A DNA stretch of 64,000 nucleotides from Planctomycetota bacterium (GTDB taxonomy: Bacteria; Planctomycetota; UBA8108; SXIK01): NCBI GenBank assembly GCA_965223265.1, contig OZ244999.1:7872001-7936000 (forward strand), read 5' to 3'. The notes under the pieces are model-generated. The model was not told the origin of the DNA. It searched no databases and was given only the letters and a program-made list of their open reading frames with translations. Numbering within the stretch: position 1 is the stretch's first letter; every line of letters starts with the position of its first letter. The translations under genes were made by a program, and so were the position numbers. Shown piece by piece: positions 51,249-61,500 of this stretch.

Positions 51249-53777
51249 CTATCGAGGCGTCCGCTCAAGCGTGACGCTGACGTCCACCTCCTCACTGCGG
51301 AGCGCGTCGACGGCAAAGAGCATGTCGGGCAAGTCGGCAGCGCGCCGCCACTCGAGGTATCGAAGGTCGTCGACGAGGAGCACCGACGTACCTGAAAGCG
51401 GCGGCGACAACTGGACGTACATCATGACCGCGTTGGGCTCCAGCCCGGCGATCCCGTCGAAGAGCCAGCTCGGTGGTTCGAAGTGAATGCTATGCCAGGC
51501 GTCGTCATTGTCGATGTCGAGGGGAAACTCCTCACGGCGGAGCAGATTGGATTCGGGGTCAGTCGTCGGGTCCGTGTCGTCGAAGTCGTAGACATCGAAA
51601 CGCACGCTCGGAATCCCGTCGCCGGTGAGTCGCGCTTGCATGTGGACGCTATATCTCGCCTCACCGTCGCTCGGGAGATAGACCGTGTCAACACCCACCG
51701 TCGACTCGACGTAGCTGCGGTGCTGTGGAAACGTAATCCGCGCAACCGGCCGCACAAGCACCGCGGCGCTGTTCGAGGCGCTACGACGAAGCCGCAGGCT
51801 GCGCACACCGGACGGCGCGACGTCAAGGACTTCGATGCGTTTGAAGGTGTCGTTCGTCTGCCACTGCGCGCCGCCGCGAGCCTCGGCGTCGGCGAGATCG
51901 TCCTCGAAGCTTCCCCAACCGAAGAGGTCCTGGCCAAAGAAGAGAGAATGCGGCAGCGCGGTGTCCCCTGGTCCGCGCGACCGAATCAGGCGCGAGCTCG
52001 CCACATCGACGACGTCTTCAGCGGTCAAGTCGAACGCCACGTTTTCGAGCACCGGCGAGCCTTCGAGAATGAGCGCAGAGTTGTTCTCGAGTTCAAAATC
52101 CGCCGCGACTCCTGAGACGCTGCGCTCGACGCTGATCACCCCAAGATCCGTGCGCTCGGATCGCAGTGGCTGCACCGAACGCTCGCGTACCATCTGGATC
52201 AGCTGCTCCGCCGTCGCGCCGCCGAGCGGCACGGGACGGTATCGCTCAAGGGCAAACGGATAGAACCTCGCCTCGATCACCGCGTCTTCTTCAAAAATCA
52301 CGCGCACGACGCCCGAAGGAAACGTGGCAAGGAAGTCTTGGTCAAAGATGAAGTTGCCGAGGCTGTAGGCGATGAGCCGCCCTTTGTACCACTCGAAGCC
52401 TTGAAGCACATGGGGGTGGTGGCAGATCACCAGGTGAGCGCCTCTGTCGATCGCGCGGTGCGCCGCCGACTCGGTCAGCTTCGACTTGACCGGCAGGAAC
52501 TGAAACCCGCTGTGGAGCTGCACGATGATGAGATCGCACCCTTGGGCTTTGAGCGCGTCAATGTCCGCCTCCATGCGGTCGCGGTCGTAAGGATTCGCCC
52601 CGCCATGCCCGCGCCGCGCGACCCAATCCTGCAGCTCGGGGTAGACCGCCACGAGGGCCGCCCAATAGTCGGTCAACTCCGCCTCGGCGAGCCCGCCCTG
52701 GTGCGTCTTGAACTCGCGCCACGCCGCGCCGATGCGCTGCGACGCCGTCGGCACGGTCAGCGTCGGACCGGTGAATCCAAAGCTGCGCTCCTCGTACTGC
52801 CACGCCTCTTTTTCGGGGAGCGACGGCGGCGGGTCACCGAGCGGCAAACTGTCGTTGACGAAATCGCCGTTGACACTGGTGTACGAAAGAGAACCAATGA
52901 GATAGCCGTCTTGCACAAACGTCTGGCGTGCCTCGGCCTCGGCGACATCGCGGCCAGCCCCGACGCACGGGAAACCGGCGTCCTTCAGCGCGTCGACGGT
53001 CGACGCGACCCCGAGATCGAGCCAGTCGCGCGCGTGGTTGTTGCCGAGCGTGATCACGTTCGGGGCCAGCTCGTCGAGCAGGTCGACGGTCTCTGGCGGT
53101 GAGATGAGGAGAAACCGCTTCTTCGGATAAGCCTGGTCAATGGTCAACGTGCCGACGACGGTCTCAAGGTTCAGCGACCGAACCCCGGCGGCGCGAAAGA
53201 GAGGCGCCGCGGCCGCAACCACCGCGCGCGCGCTGTCGCCGCCGTCGCCGGGCGTGACCACCGCCGTGTCGTCGCGGACGGGGTCGATGTAACGCCTGCC
53301 GAGCATCGCATCACCCGCGAAATGCATGCACACCCGGCGCTCGCCAGCCGGTCCCACGTCCTCAACCATCGTCACGCGCACCTCGCTTCCGACCATGCTG
53401 CGGTCGAGGACAACGGGCGATGAGAAATAGCCCTCGGCCTCGACGACGACGAGAATCGTCTGGTCGATCTCGACGAGCGAGAAGCGCCCGTCGCTGTCGA
53501 CCACGCCGCCTGTGGAGCGCATCGCCGTCGGTTGCGGTCCCGCCGCGGTTCCCGCCCCCGGCGTGCTCAGACCATACGCGATGTACGCGGCATCGCTCAC
53601 GGGCTGATCGTCCCCATCGACGACAACAACGTCGACGGCATACTCCGGCACGCTCAGAAGAGGAGGGTCCAACGGCGCACTGCTCGGCGCACGCTCCGTC
53701 GAGTCACACCGCAGGGCCGAAGAAGCGACGGCCACGAGACAGCAAAACGCATACTTGGAACTTCGTAGGCAGCCCAT
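51249..53777 (-). CDS. Exported CapA/PgsA-family metallophosphoesterase with N-terminal beta-sandwich and C-terminal extension
   Basis: FAGDAMLGR, NLET, GNNHARD, LHSG, HHPHVLQ, YSLGNFIFDQ. Confidence 0.85.
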   Translation of the reverse strand: MGCLRSSKYAFCCLVAVASSALRCDSTERAPSSAPLDPPLLSVPEYAVDVVVVDGDDQPVSDAAYIAYGLSTPGAGTAAGPQPTAMRSTGGVVDSDGRFSLVEIDQTILVVVEAEGYFSSPVVLDRSMVGSEVRVTMVEDVGPAGERRVCMHFAGDAMLGRRYIDPVRDDTAVVTPGDGGDSARAVVAAAAPLFRAAGVRSLNLETVVGTLTIDQAYPKKRFLLISPPETVDLLDELAPNVITLGNNHARDWLDLGVASTVDALKDAGFPCVGAGRDVAEAEARQTFVQDGYLIGSLSYTSVNGDFVNDSLPLGDPPPSLPEKEAWQYEERSFGFTGPTLTVPTASQRIGAAWREFKTHQGGLAEAELTDYWAALVAVYPELQDWVARRGHGGANPYDRDRMEADIDALKAQGCDLIIVQLHSGFQFLPVKSKLTESAAHRAIDRGAHLVICHHPHVLQGFEWYKGRLIAYSLGNFIFDQDFLATFPSGVVRVIFEEDAVIEARFYPFALERYRPVPLGGATAEQLIQMVRERSVQPLRSERTDLGVISVERSVSGVAADFELENNSALILEGSPVLENVAFDLTAEDVVDVASSRLIRSRGPGDTALPHSLFFGQDLFGWGSFEDDLADAEARGGAQWQTNDTFKRIEVLDVAPSGVRSLRLRRSASNSAAVLVRPVARITFPQHRSYVESTVGVDTVYLPSDGEARYSVHMQARLTGDGIPSVRFDVYDFDDTDPTTDPESNLLRREEFPLDIDNDDAWHSIHFEPPSWLFDGIAGLEPNAVMMYVQLSPPLSGTSVLLVDDLRYLEWRRAADLPDMLFAVDALRSEEVDVSVTLERTPR

Positions 53778-53856
53778 CGAAAGAGAGTACGATGGGTGGA
53801 ATTCTTCGACCAGCCGTTCGACCAGCCGTCGAGCCCGCGGTCGCAGCGCAAGACAC

Positions 53857-55209
53857 CTACTCGTAGCGCAGCGCGTCCACGGGCTTTTTGCGCGCCGCGC
53901 GCCAAGCCGGGAGCGCGCTGCAAATCGTGGCCACGACCACCGTTGGCAGGATGATGGACAGCAGATCCGAGGCGTGAAATTGCACCGGGATGCGGTCCAT
54001 GTAGAACACCGTCAGTGGAAACACCTCGTACCCGGTGAGGAGCTTGACCCAGCGCTGGATCGTGTTGACGAAGTACGCAAACCCGAGGCCGTAGACCGAA
54101 CCGATCAGCGTGCCGACCAAAGCAAGCACGACGCCCATGCGCAGAAAGATGCTGGCCGCACCCCACTGCGTCGCTCCCATGGACTGCAGGACACCGATGT
54201 CGCGCGTCTTCTCAACGACCTGGACCGTCAAAATGATAAAGATCATGAAGCCACCGAAAAGAACGGTGAGCCCAAGGATCAAACCCGTCAGCGCCTTCTC
54301 GACTTTCAGCGCTTGAAGAAGCGCGGCCTTCTCGTCGAACCACGTGCGCGTCGTCGAGAAGAAAACGCGTTCGCGCTCCAGCAGCTCCCGGATCTCGTCG
54401 CGCAGCCCAGCGAGGCTCGCGTCGTCGCGACGATCGGGCTCAGCCGCGATGCGCACACCCGACGCCAACTTCTGGCCTCGATCCGTCTGCAGACCGAGGA
54501 ATTCATCGGCGACATCCATCGACATGAGCAGACCTTTCCAGTCGAGTTCGTAGATCCCGGTTTTGAAATAACCGACGACGCGGAACTCGCGGCTGACGGG
54601 ACGCTGGGTGGTCGGCGAAAAAGCGGTGAGCGAAATCCTCTTGCCCGGATAAAGCCCCTCTCGCAGGGCCTCGCGGCCCGCAAGAATCGGCGGCAACACT
54701 TCCTTCGGGGGGTCGGACCCACGTGAACGCCACAATCCGTGCTCGACCCAGTCGGCCGCGAAGTACTCGGCAGCCGAACGCGGCGCGTCGGGCCCGAACA
54801 CGAGCCGGTTCACGAGCGCCGCTTCCACGTACTTCGTAAACTCCCCGACTTCACGTTCACGCTCGAGATCAAAAGCGCGGACAAATCGGGTCTGAAGCTC
54901 TGGGCCGTACGTGAGCTCGTTGCGATAGAGCACCATGATGTCGACAAACGGAGTGGCCGCCTGAACGCCTTCGACGCCGGCAACCAGTCGTGCCACGCGC
55001 TCGGGGTCGCGCAGGCCGATGTACTGAGTACCCCGCACAGACAGATCTGCACTGGTCCCGCGGATCTTCTGTTTGTGGTCCGTTCGGAACCCCTCCATCA
55101 CCGAGACAATGATGATCAGAAGCGCGACACTCGACGCGACGACTACCAGGGCAGCGAACGGAATCGCCCGGGAGAACAGATACCGCACGCAGAGAAACCA
55201 CTTGTACAT
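53857..55209 (-). CDS. LolC/E-family lipoprotein-releasing ABC permease
   Basis: RYL, SVMEGF, VEKTRDIGVLQSMGA, LPAWRAARKKPVDALRYE. Confidence 0.9.
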   Translation of the reverse strand: MYKWFLCVRYLFSRAIPFAALVVVASSVALLIIIVSVMEGFRTDHKQKIRGTSADLSVRGTQYIGLRDPERVARLVAGVEGVQAATPFVDIMVLYRNELTYGPELQTRFVRAFDLEREREVGEFTKYVEAALVNRLVFGPDAPRSAAEYFAADWVEHGLWRSRGSDPPKEVLPPILAGREALREGLYPGKRISLTAFSPTTQRPVSREFRVVGYFKTGIYELDWKGLLMSMDVADEFLGLQTDRGQKLASGVRIAAEPDRRDDASLAGLRDEIRELLERERVFFSTTRTWFDEKAALLQALKVEKALTGLILGLTVLFGGFMIFIILTVQVVEKTRDIGVLQSMGATQWGAASIFLRMGVVLALVGTLIGSVYGLGFAYFVNTIQRWVKLLTGYEVFPLTVFYMDRIPVQFHASDLLSIILPTVVVATICSALPAWRAARKKPVDALRYE

Positions 55210-55296
55210 GAATTACAGTTCGCTCGCGACAGCAACCACGGCGGCCAGCACCCCGAATGCGGGTCCAGTGTAACGATTCGGTTTCGATCTGCTACG

Positions 55297-55422
55297 CTCG
55301 AGTTGGGCCATTTCGCGTCGCAGCTGGAGGCACCGGGAGCGCGGAGTTTCTCCGGGTAACAAGAATCCTCACGGCTCTTGATTCCCCGCAAACGCATTCG
55401 GCTGGCTGCGGACAAGCTCGAG
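55297..55422. mobile_element. MITE-like element, family B copy 2 (short, degenerate)
   Basis: Left end ctcgagttgggccatttcgcgtcg (20/21 to the family B end); right end ggacaagctcgag|gcta versus ggccaaactcgag|gcta. Confidence 0.55.
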
Positions 55423-55488
55423 GCTATGGAAGATCTTCGGTAGCGAGCGTGGCGCGACACTTTTAGCGAATCGGTGCCCACGCGCTTG

Positions 55489-55497
55489 TGATACAAT
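55489..55497 (+). promoter_or_regulatory. Putative extended -10 promoter for aspS
   Basis: TGaTACAAT about 45 bp upstream of the ATG. Confidence 0.45.
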
Positions 55498-55542
55498 CCG
55501 CCTTTTGTGATCAATCCCCCCCGAACCCGTCGGTAGCGTCCC

Positions 55543-56841
55543 ATGCAGCGCGTTCTCTCTTCCGAAGCCCTCTCCCGAAGCGGGGAAACCGTGCGCCTTG
55601 CTGGCTGGGTGCACAACATCCGCAGCTTTCGCGAGGTCAACTTCTTCATCCTGCGCGACGCAGGCGGACTCATCCAGACGGTCATTGACCCCGAAAGCGA
55701 AATCGAAACGTCGGGGATTGGCAAGGAGTTCGTCGTTGAGGTGGAGGGCACGGTGCGCGCGGACGAACGAGCGCCGGGCGGCGCTGAAGTCCACCTCTCG
55801 CGTCTCAAGGTGCTTGCCGTCGCCGAGGAACCGCCACTTGAAATCAATCGCCCGGCGGTGATCGCCAAAACGCATCTCGACAAACTTCTGGACCATCGAC
55901 CGATCTCCATCCGCGCACTCCCGGTCCGGGCGGTCTTCTCAGTGCAGGCGTGCCTGGTGCACGCGTTCGGCGAGTATCTGCGGTCGCAGCGATTCGTCGA
56001 ATTCAAGAGCTCGAAGATCGTCGCCACCGGGACCGAAGGCGGCGCCAATCTCTTCTCCATCGACTACATGGGACGACCCGCCTTCTTGGCGCAGTCACCG
56101 CAGTTCTACAAGCAGATCATGGTCGGCAGCGGATTCGAACGCGTCTTTGAAGTCGGTCCAGTGTACCGAGCCGAAAAGCACGAAACCTCGCGCCACCTGA
56201 ACGAGTACACGTCACTCGATTTCGAAATGGGCTTCATCAACGACGAGCAAGACGTCATCTCCATGCACACAGGCGTCATTCGACACATGTGCGCGAGCGT
56301 CGCAGAGCGTTGCCGCAGCGAGATCGACCTCCTCGAAGCCGAGGTTCCCGTCGTCGGCGACGAGATCCCTCAGGTCACGTTCCAGGAAGCCTCCGAAATC
56401 GTTGCCGCGGCCGGCCATCGGCTGCATGGAATCGACCTCGATCCGGAAGCGGAGCGCCGACTGTGTGACTGGGCCCTGGCCGAACACGGTAGCGACTTCT
56501 TGTTCGTCGTCGGCTTCCCGCTCGCCGGTCGACCCATGTACACCGGATTTCGCGATGACGATGCGACCGTGTCGCGCAGCTTCGATCTACTTTTCCGTGG
56601 CCTCGAGATCACCACGGGAAGCCAGCGCATCCACGATTACGCCACGCTCGTCGCCAAGATGCGCGAGCGCGGACTGGTGCCGGATGAGTACGACAGCTAC
56701 CTGAGCGCGTTCCGCCACGGCATGCCGCCGCATGGTGGACTCGGGCTCGGGCTTGAACGCTTTACGATGCAGCTCGTCGGATTAAGAAACGTCAAACAAG
56801 CGACGCTCTTCCCCCGCGACCGCAGTCGCCTGACGCCGTAG
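55543..56841 (+). CDS. aspS: Archaeal-type, probably non-discriminating aspartyl-tRNA synthetase (AspRS2)
   Basis: 432 aa with no GAD insert; OB fold, TEGGANLF, LAQSPQFYKQ, YRAE, EYTSLDFEM, MPPHGG.GLGLER. Confidence 0.9.
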   Translation: MQRVLSSEALSRSGETVRLAGWVHNIRSFREVNFFILRDAGGLIQTVIDPESEIETSGIGKEFVVEVEGTVRADERAPGGAEVHLSRLKVLAVAEEPPLEINRPAVIAKTHLDKLLDHRPISIRALPVRAVFSVQACLVHAFGEYLRSQRFVEFKSSKIVATGTEGGANLFSIDYMGRPAFLAQSPQFYKQIMVGSGFERVFEVGPVYRAEKHETSRHLNEYTSLDFEMGFINDEQDVISMHTGVIRHMCASVAERCRSEIDLLEAEVPVVGDEIPQVTFQEASEIVAAAGHRLHGIDLDPEAERRLCDWALAEHGSDFLFVVGFPLAGRPMYTGFRDDDATVSRSFDLLFRGLEITTGSQRIHDYATLVAKMRERGLVPDEYDSYLSAFRHGMPPHGGLGLGLERFTMQLVGLRNVKQATLFPRDRSRLTP

Positions 56842-56957
56842 AGACGAAATTCGACCGACTACGCCAGTCCGAGACGAAGGCGGGCTTCCTACGGTTAGGA
56901 CTTTGCGACGAACAGGATGGGCTGCCCGAGCGCCGCGACAGCGCGTCACGACGCTCA

Positions 56958-56979
56958 GTGTCGACAATTATTGTCACAC
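56958..56979. promoter_or_regulatory. Palindromic putative enhancer / transcription factor site
   Basis: GACAAT-T-ATTGTC (56963-56975) within gtgtcgacaattattgtcacac, about 90 bp upstream of a sigma54 site. Confidence 0.5.
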
Positions 56980-57060
56980 GGCAGCGACAAGCGCCGCCGG
57001 CCGGGCTCGTAAACTCCTCTATTTGTGGAATCTCCGACTTCTCGGAACGACGACCGCGTG

Positions 57061-57075
57061 AGGCATGCCGGTTGC
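57061..57075 (+). promoter_or_regulatory. Putative sigma54 promoter of the pilin gene
   Basis: AGGCATGCCGGTTGC, GG-N10-GC with TTGC at -12. Confidence 0.65.
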
Positions 57076-57147
57076 CGATAGATATCCTATACTCCTGCAG
57101 GGCAGTCTTTTTCGACACCCCGAACCGAACCCCATGCGAGGCAGAAG

Positions 57148-57603
57148 TTGAGTACATCGCGACGCGGAATCCTACCTGCCGCCGGATTCACTCTAGTCGA
57201 ACTCATGATCGTCGTCACGGTGATTGCGATCGTGACCGCCATGGCGATTCCGGCCGTTTCCCGCTCCCGCATGGGTGCCAACGAGGGATCTGCGGTGAGC
57301 TCGATCAAAGCGATCATCACGGCGAACCAGGTCTACGAAACCCGTTTCAACTCGTACGCCTCGCAGCTGACCGACCTGAGCGACTTGGGGATTATCGACG
57401 AGGTCCTCGGCGCAGCTGACGGGCCTCCGGGCAAGTCCGGATACGTTATCGACTACACCGGCACGCGGACGCAGTTCGAGCTCAACGTCGACCCCGTCGT
57501 GGATGGCGAAACGGGCATACGCCACTTTTTCGCTGACCACAGCGGCATCATTCGCTTTCGCGAGGGTGGTCAGGCGACCAGCACGGACACACCAATCGAC
57601 TGA
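57148..57603 (+). CDS. Type IV pilin-like protein (prepilin N-methylation signal)
   Basis: AG/FTLVELMIVVTVIAIVTAMAIP, followed by ANEGSAVSSIK. Confidence 0.9.
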   Translation: MSTSRRGILPAAGFTLVELMIVVTVIAIVTAMAIPAVSRSRMGANEGSAVSSIKAIITANQVYETRFNSYASQLTDLSDLGIIDEVLGAADGPPGKSGYVIDYTGTRTQFELNVDPVVDGETGIRHFFADHSGIIRFREGGQATSTDTPID

Positions 57604-57788
57604 CGACGATCTCGCTCGTCGATTGATTGCCACCCCCCGGGCGCAGCGGGAAATCATCAAACTCGAGTTGCAAGCGGCGCGACTTGTCGGCAACATCGCG
57701 CTCTGGTGTTCGGCGCGCGGCAGTTCCTGACGCTGCGCGACCCTTTCCGACCCGCGCCGCAGTGCAAAGATCGCCACGCTGAGAAGCC

Positions 57789-58346
57789 ATGCCAAGCGGA
57801 ATGAAGCCGTCAACCTCTGCGCCGTTTCTGCTCGGTTTCTGGTTAGCTGGCAACCTAGCAATCTTCGGTGTTGTCAGCTCTACGTTCTATGGCATCCCAG
57901 TCGCCCTCGAAGTGAACCAGAAGTTGGCCGAACGCGCTGGCTTCGACCCAGATGATGAGGCGGCGCGCAAAAGTAGCCCCATCTGGGTGTTCTCCAGCGA
58001 ACTCAATCGCCTCTTCTTCCACCATTGGAACCGCATTCAACTCGCGATCGGGGTGTTGACGCTGATCGTCCTCCTGGCGCGCTGCCGTTGTCCGGGGGCG
58101 CTCACGTGCGCTGTGCTCGCGCTCGCGGCTGTCGGCGTGCTAGCGTTTTACTTGGAACCGCGACTCGTCGAGCTCGGACGCTCGCTCGACTTCGTGCCGC
58201 GAGAGCCCGAGAGCGAGTCGCTTAAAAAGTTCCATCTGCTGCACAAGATCTACACGGCGATCGCGCTCATCGAGGTCGCGCTCATCGCCGTCGCCTCACT
58301 GTGCGTCTGGATCACCAACCACAAGCGACTGAACGCGGGCGCCTGA
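57789..58346 (+). CDS. 4-TM membrane protein, DUF4149-like
   Basis: Four hydrophobic segments; GFWLAG, LNRLFF, FHLLHKIY motifs. Confidence 0.7.
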   Translation: MPSGMKPSTSAPFLLGFWLAGNLAIFGVVSSTFYGIPVALEVNQKLAERAGFDPDDEAARKSSPIWVFSSELNRLFFHHWNRIQLAIGVLTLIVLLARCRCPGALTCAVLALAAVGVLAFYLEPRLVELGRSLDFVPREPESESLKKFHLLHKIYTAIALIEVALIAVASLCVWITNHKRLNAGA

Positions 58347-58580
58347 TCTCGTTGCGTAGCCTCTACGCTCTTCGTGGCCTTCGTTTTCTTCTGTTCGATC
58401 CGTCACGCGATCAGCGATTCCAGGCTTGAGTCTATGCTCCTTCTTGAACAGAAGGTAGCGAAGAAAACGACGGAAGACCTGCGAACTCTGCCTTTCGATT
58501 TCATAAGTCCGCCCGAATTGCCCTCTCCCCTCGCAGAACAAGTGTCGAAGTTGGGCTGGCTAGGACGAGGCAGCTCAGCT

Positions 58581-61500
58581 CTACTCAGCCGCCTCGAGCT
58601 CTTCCGGACCGTCAGCGTCGAGGAGCACCACGGGTCGACGCGAGACGGCATTGACGTTGCCGCGCAGGTACAGTCGCTCGAAGACCAGCGGCGGTAGTGT
58701 CGGCTGTGCTGAGACCATGGACTCGTCCGGGCCTTGGTCTTCAAGCGCCGGTGGGACGACAAGCAGTCGAGATGCCGTCAGCGCAGCCCCTGGCTCGAAC
58801 ATCTCCGCCCGCTCGGTCGTAACGTCAACGTCAAGGTGCGTCGCTAACAGCGATGCGGTGTCGCCGCCTTGATCCAAAACGAGGATGCCGGGCTCAGTCC
58901 CTGGAGGGACGACGTAGATCGTGCCGGCGCCGCCGACGGACTCGGAACGCGCCGGGTCCTCAAGAAGAACGCCGCCACGCGCCTCCACGCGCCGCAGCTC
59001 GAACTGACTCCACTCGGCGCAGCGGATCAGAACCCTCCCGCCGCCACCGCCGCCCGGTGCGCCTGCGTCGGTGGCGACGACATCACCGCCGCGAGCGACG
59101 ATGCGTCCACTGCCGGACAAACGCTCGCATTCCAGCACGACGCTGCCGCCAGCACCGCCGCCGCCCTGAGACCACGGCGCCCCATCCCCGTCAGCGGCGA
59201 TCACACCGTCCAGGTGTACCTCACCGGCACGGATGCGCACAACACCGCCTCCACGTCCGCGGCGTCCGAACGCTTCGGTCGCCGACGCGCTCGGGAGCCC
59301 GCCGCCGCCAGGAAACGCTGGCGCATCGAATGCATCGAACGGCAAGCTGTCCAAGTCGAGTGTGAACGCGTCGCGCTGCACGTCCGAGGCACCGCCGGCG
59401 ACCGCAACTTGCGGCGCGCCTGAATCCCCGCGCCCTCCCGGTCCGCCGTGGCTTCCACCCGCAGCGGTCGTCGCTCCTGGCGCATCGACACCGCGCGGCA
59501 AGGCGACGGCGATAGAGGCTTTCGCTTCACACCACGGCGCCTCGAGGTCCGTGCCACAAGCTGCGAAGCCGCAGCCGCTGACATCGATCCTGCTTGCGTC
59601 GTCGAGCTCCAATGTCTCGGTAACTTCGAGCACAAGCTCGCCCACCTCGGCGCAGAGTCGGTCGCTCAGCGTCACGTGCGAGCGTTCCAGGGAAAGCGCC
59701 AGAACATGAAGCGGGCCTTCGAGCGCAAGGGTGGTGTCGCGGAGCTCGAGGCGCTGGCGCGAAAAGTCAGTGAAGCGCGCCGGATTCGTCCCCACCGCGA
59801 TCTCGGCGGCATCTCCCAACCCATCGCCGTCACTGTCCGCATCACGTACTGAAGTTCCGAGTCGTACTTCAACGCCGTTGCCGATCCCATCGCCGTCGGC
59901 ATCCTCGTCGCCGTCGGCAACGCCGTCGCCATCGCTATCGGCCCGCAGAGGTTGGTAGCCGATCGCCAGCTCAAGCCCATCGCTGAGGCCATCGCCGTCG
60001 CCATCCGGCACGAGCGGGTCCGTGCCGAGCTCCGCTTCTTCGCGATTGGTAAGACCGTCACCGTCAGGATCTTCGCTGCCGTCGTCGACGCCATCTTCGT
60101 CGGTGTCGTAAAGCTCCGGGTTCGTCATGGTGCTGACAATCTCGTAGGCGTCCTCGAGGCCGTCCCCATCGCTGTCTGCAAGACCGGGGTCGGTGACGAA
60201 ACCGTCACTCCCGGGAACGACTTCTTCGCCGTCGTCAATTGAATCCATGTCGGTATCCGTCTTGGTCGGATCCGAAATCCAGCCGTCAGCGCCCGGAATG
60301 AGCTCTTCAGCGTCATCGATTCCGTCGCCGTCGACGTCATCGTCGATCGTGTCAGGCACGCCATCGCCATCGCTGTCGGCGTCCACCAGCAGTGCAAACG
60401 AGCCGACTCCAGCGACGTTCCCTTGAAGATCGATGCCAACGGCGCTGACGAACAAAACGTCACCAGGGAGAGCGCTCAGCGCTACCTGGTCCTGAAAAGT
60501 AAAGGGCGGCAGCGTGTCGCCGCGGCGCAGCTCGGCGTCGACGAAGAACTCCACGCGCTCGAGGTAGACATCATCGGAGGCACGAGCCGTGAGGGCGAAC
60601 GTCTCGCCGGGCAAAAAGGCGCTACGCTCACTGTCGAGCTCAAGCGTTCCCTGTGGCGCGACGCCAGCTCGATCGCCGCTGCTGAGAACCTGGACAGCGG
60701 AGAACGAACTGCTCTCAGCGGCGACAACGTACTCCTGGCTGAAACTAAGCTGCTCGATACCGCCGTCGTTTGCCGCCACCGAGCCGGCGGGAGTGATCTT
60801 GCCGTCCGGCTCGATCCGGTAGAAGAGCGCGAGCGTGTCAGCGTTCGGCGTGTGCCAGGCCAACTGGTTGCCGCGGACGGCGACAACATCGGCCGGATCG
60901 CCCGGTCGTTCGGGAGCCGCGGTGTCGATCACTTGCAGGTCGGTCGGATCGGCCGCCGAGATTGCAAACAGGCCGGCGGAGCCGTGCGCGACGTAGACGA
61001 ACTCGTCCGTTGCAGCGACATCTTGAAGCGGGCCGGCGGCGACCGGCAGAGCGAACTGTTGGCGCTCGACGATAGAAGTCGGGGTTGACGCGTCGACAAC
61101 GAGGAGTCGATTCGCACTCGGCCGCGTCACATACACCAGCGGCGCGCTGACGGCGAGACGCGTGCCCCCTGAGACACTCATCGAGTCGAGCTCCGTCAGT
61201 CCGCCGCCGGCGCCGCGCGTGAGCACGCGTAGCTGGGTCGTGGTCAGCAGATAGATTGTGCCACGATCCGCGACGACCGCCTCGGCAGTTGCGAGGTCAT
61301 CCCGCGTCTCGACAAACTGTGGGACCGACGGATCCGTCAGACTGAAGACATGGAGACCGTCGCCACCAGCGGCGACGTAAAGCCATTCGCCGTCTGCCGC
61401 GGCGCTGCGAAGATCGCCCGAGAGTTCCTGATCGTTCCGCAACGGAACCGAGTAGAGCGGTACGACGATTTGACGCGTCCGTAGTCGCCCAGTTGTCGTC

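Noticed and set aside
53806-53832. Tandem ttcgaccagccg x2
   Set aside because: Two adjacent copies with no spacers; slippage duplication, not CRISPR.
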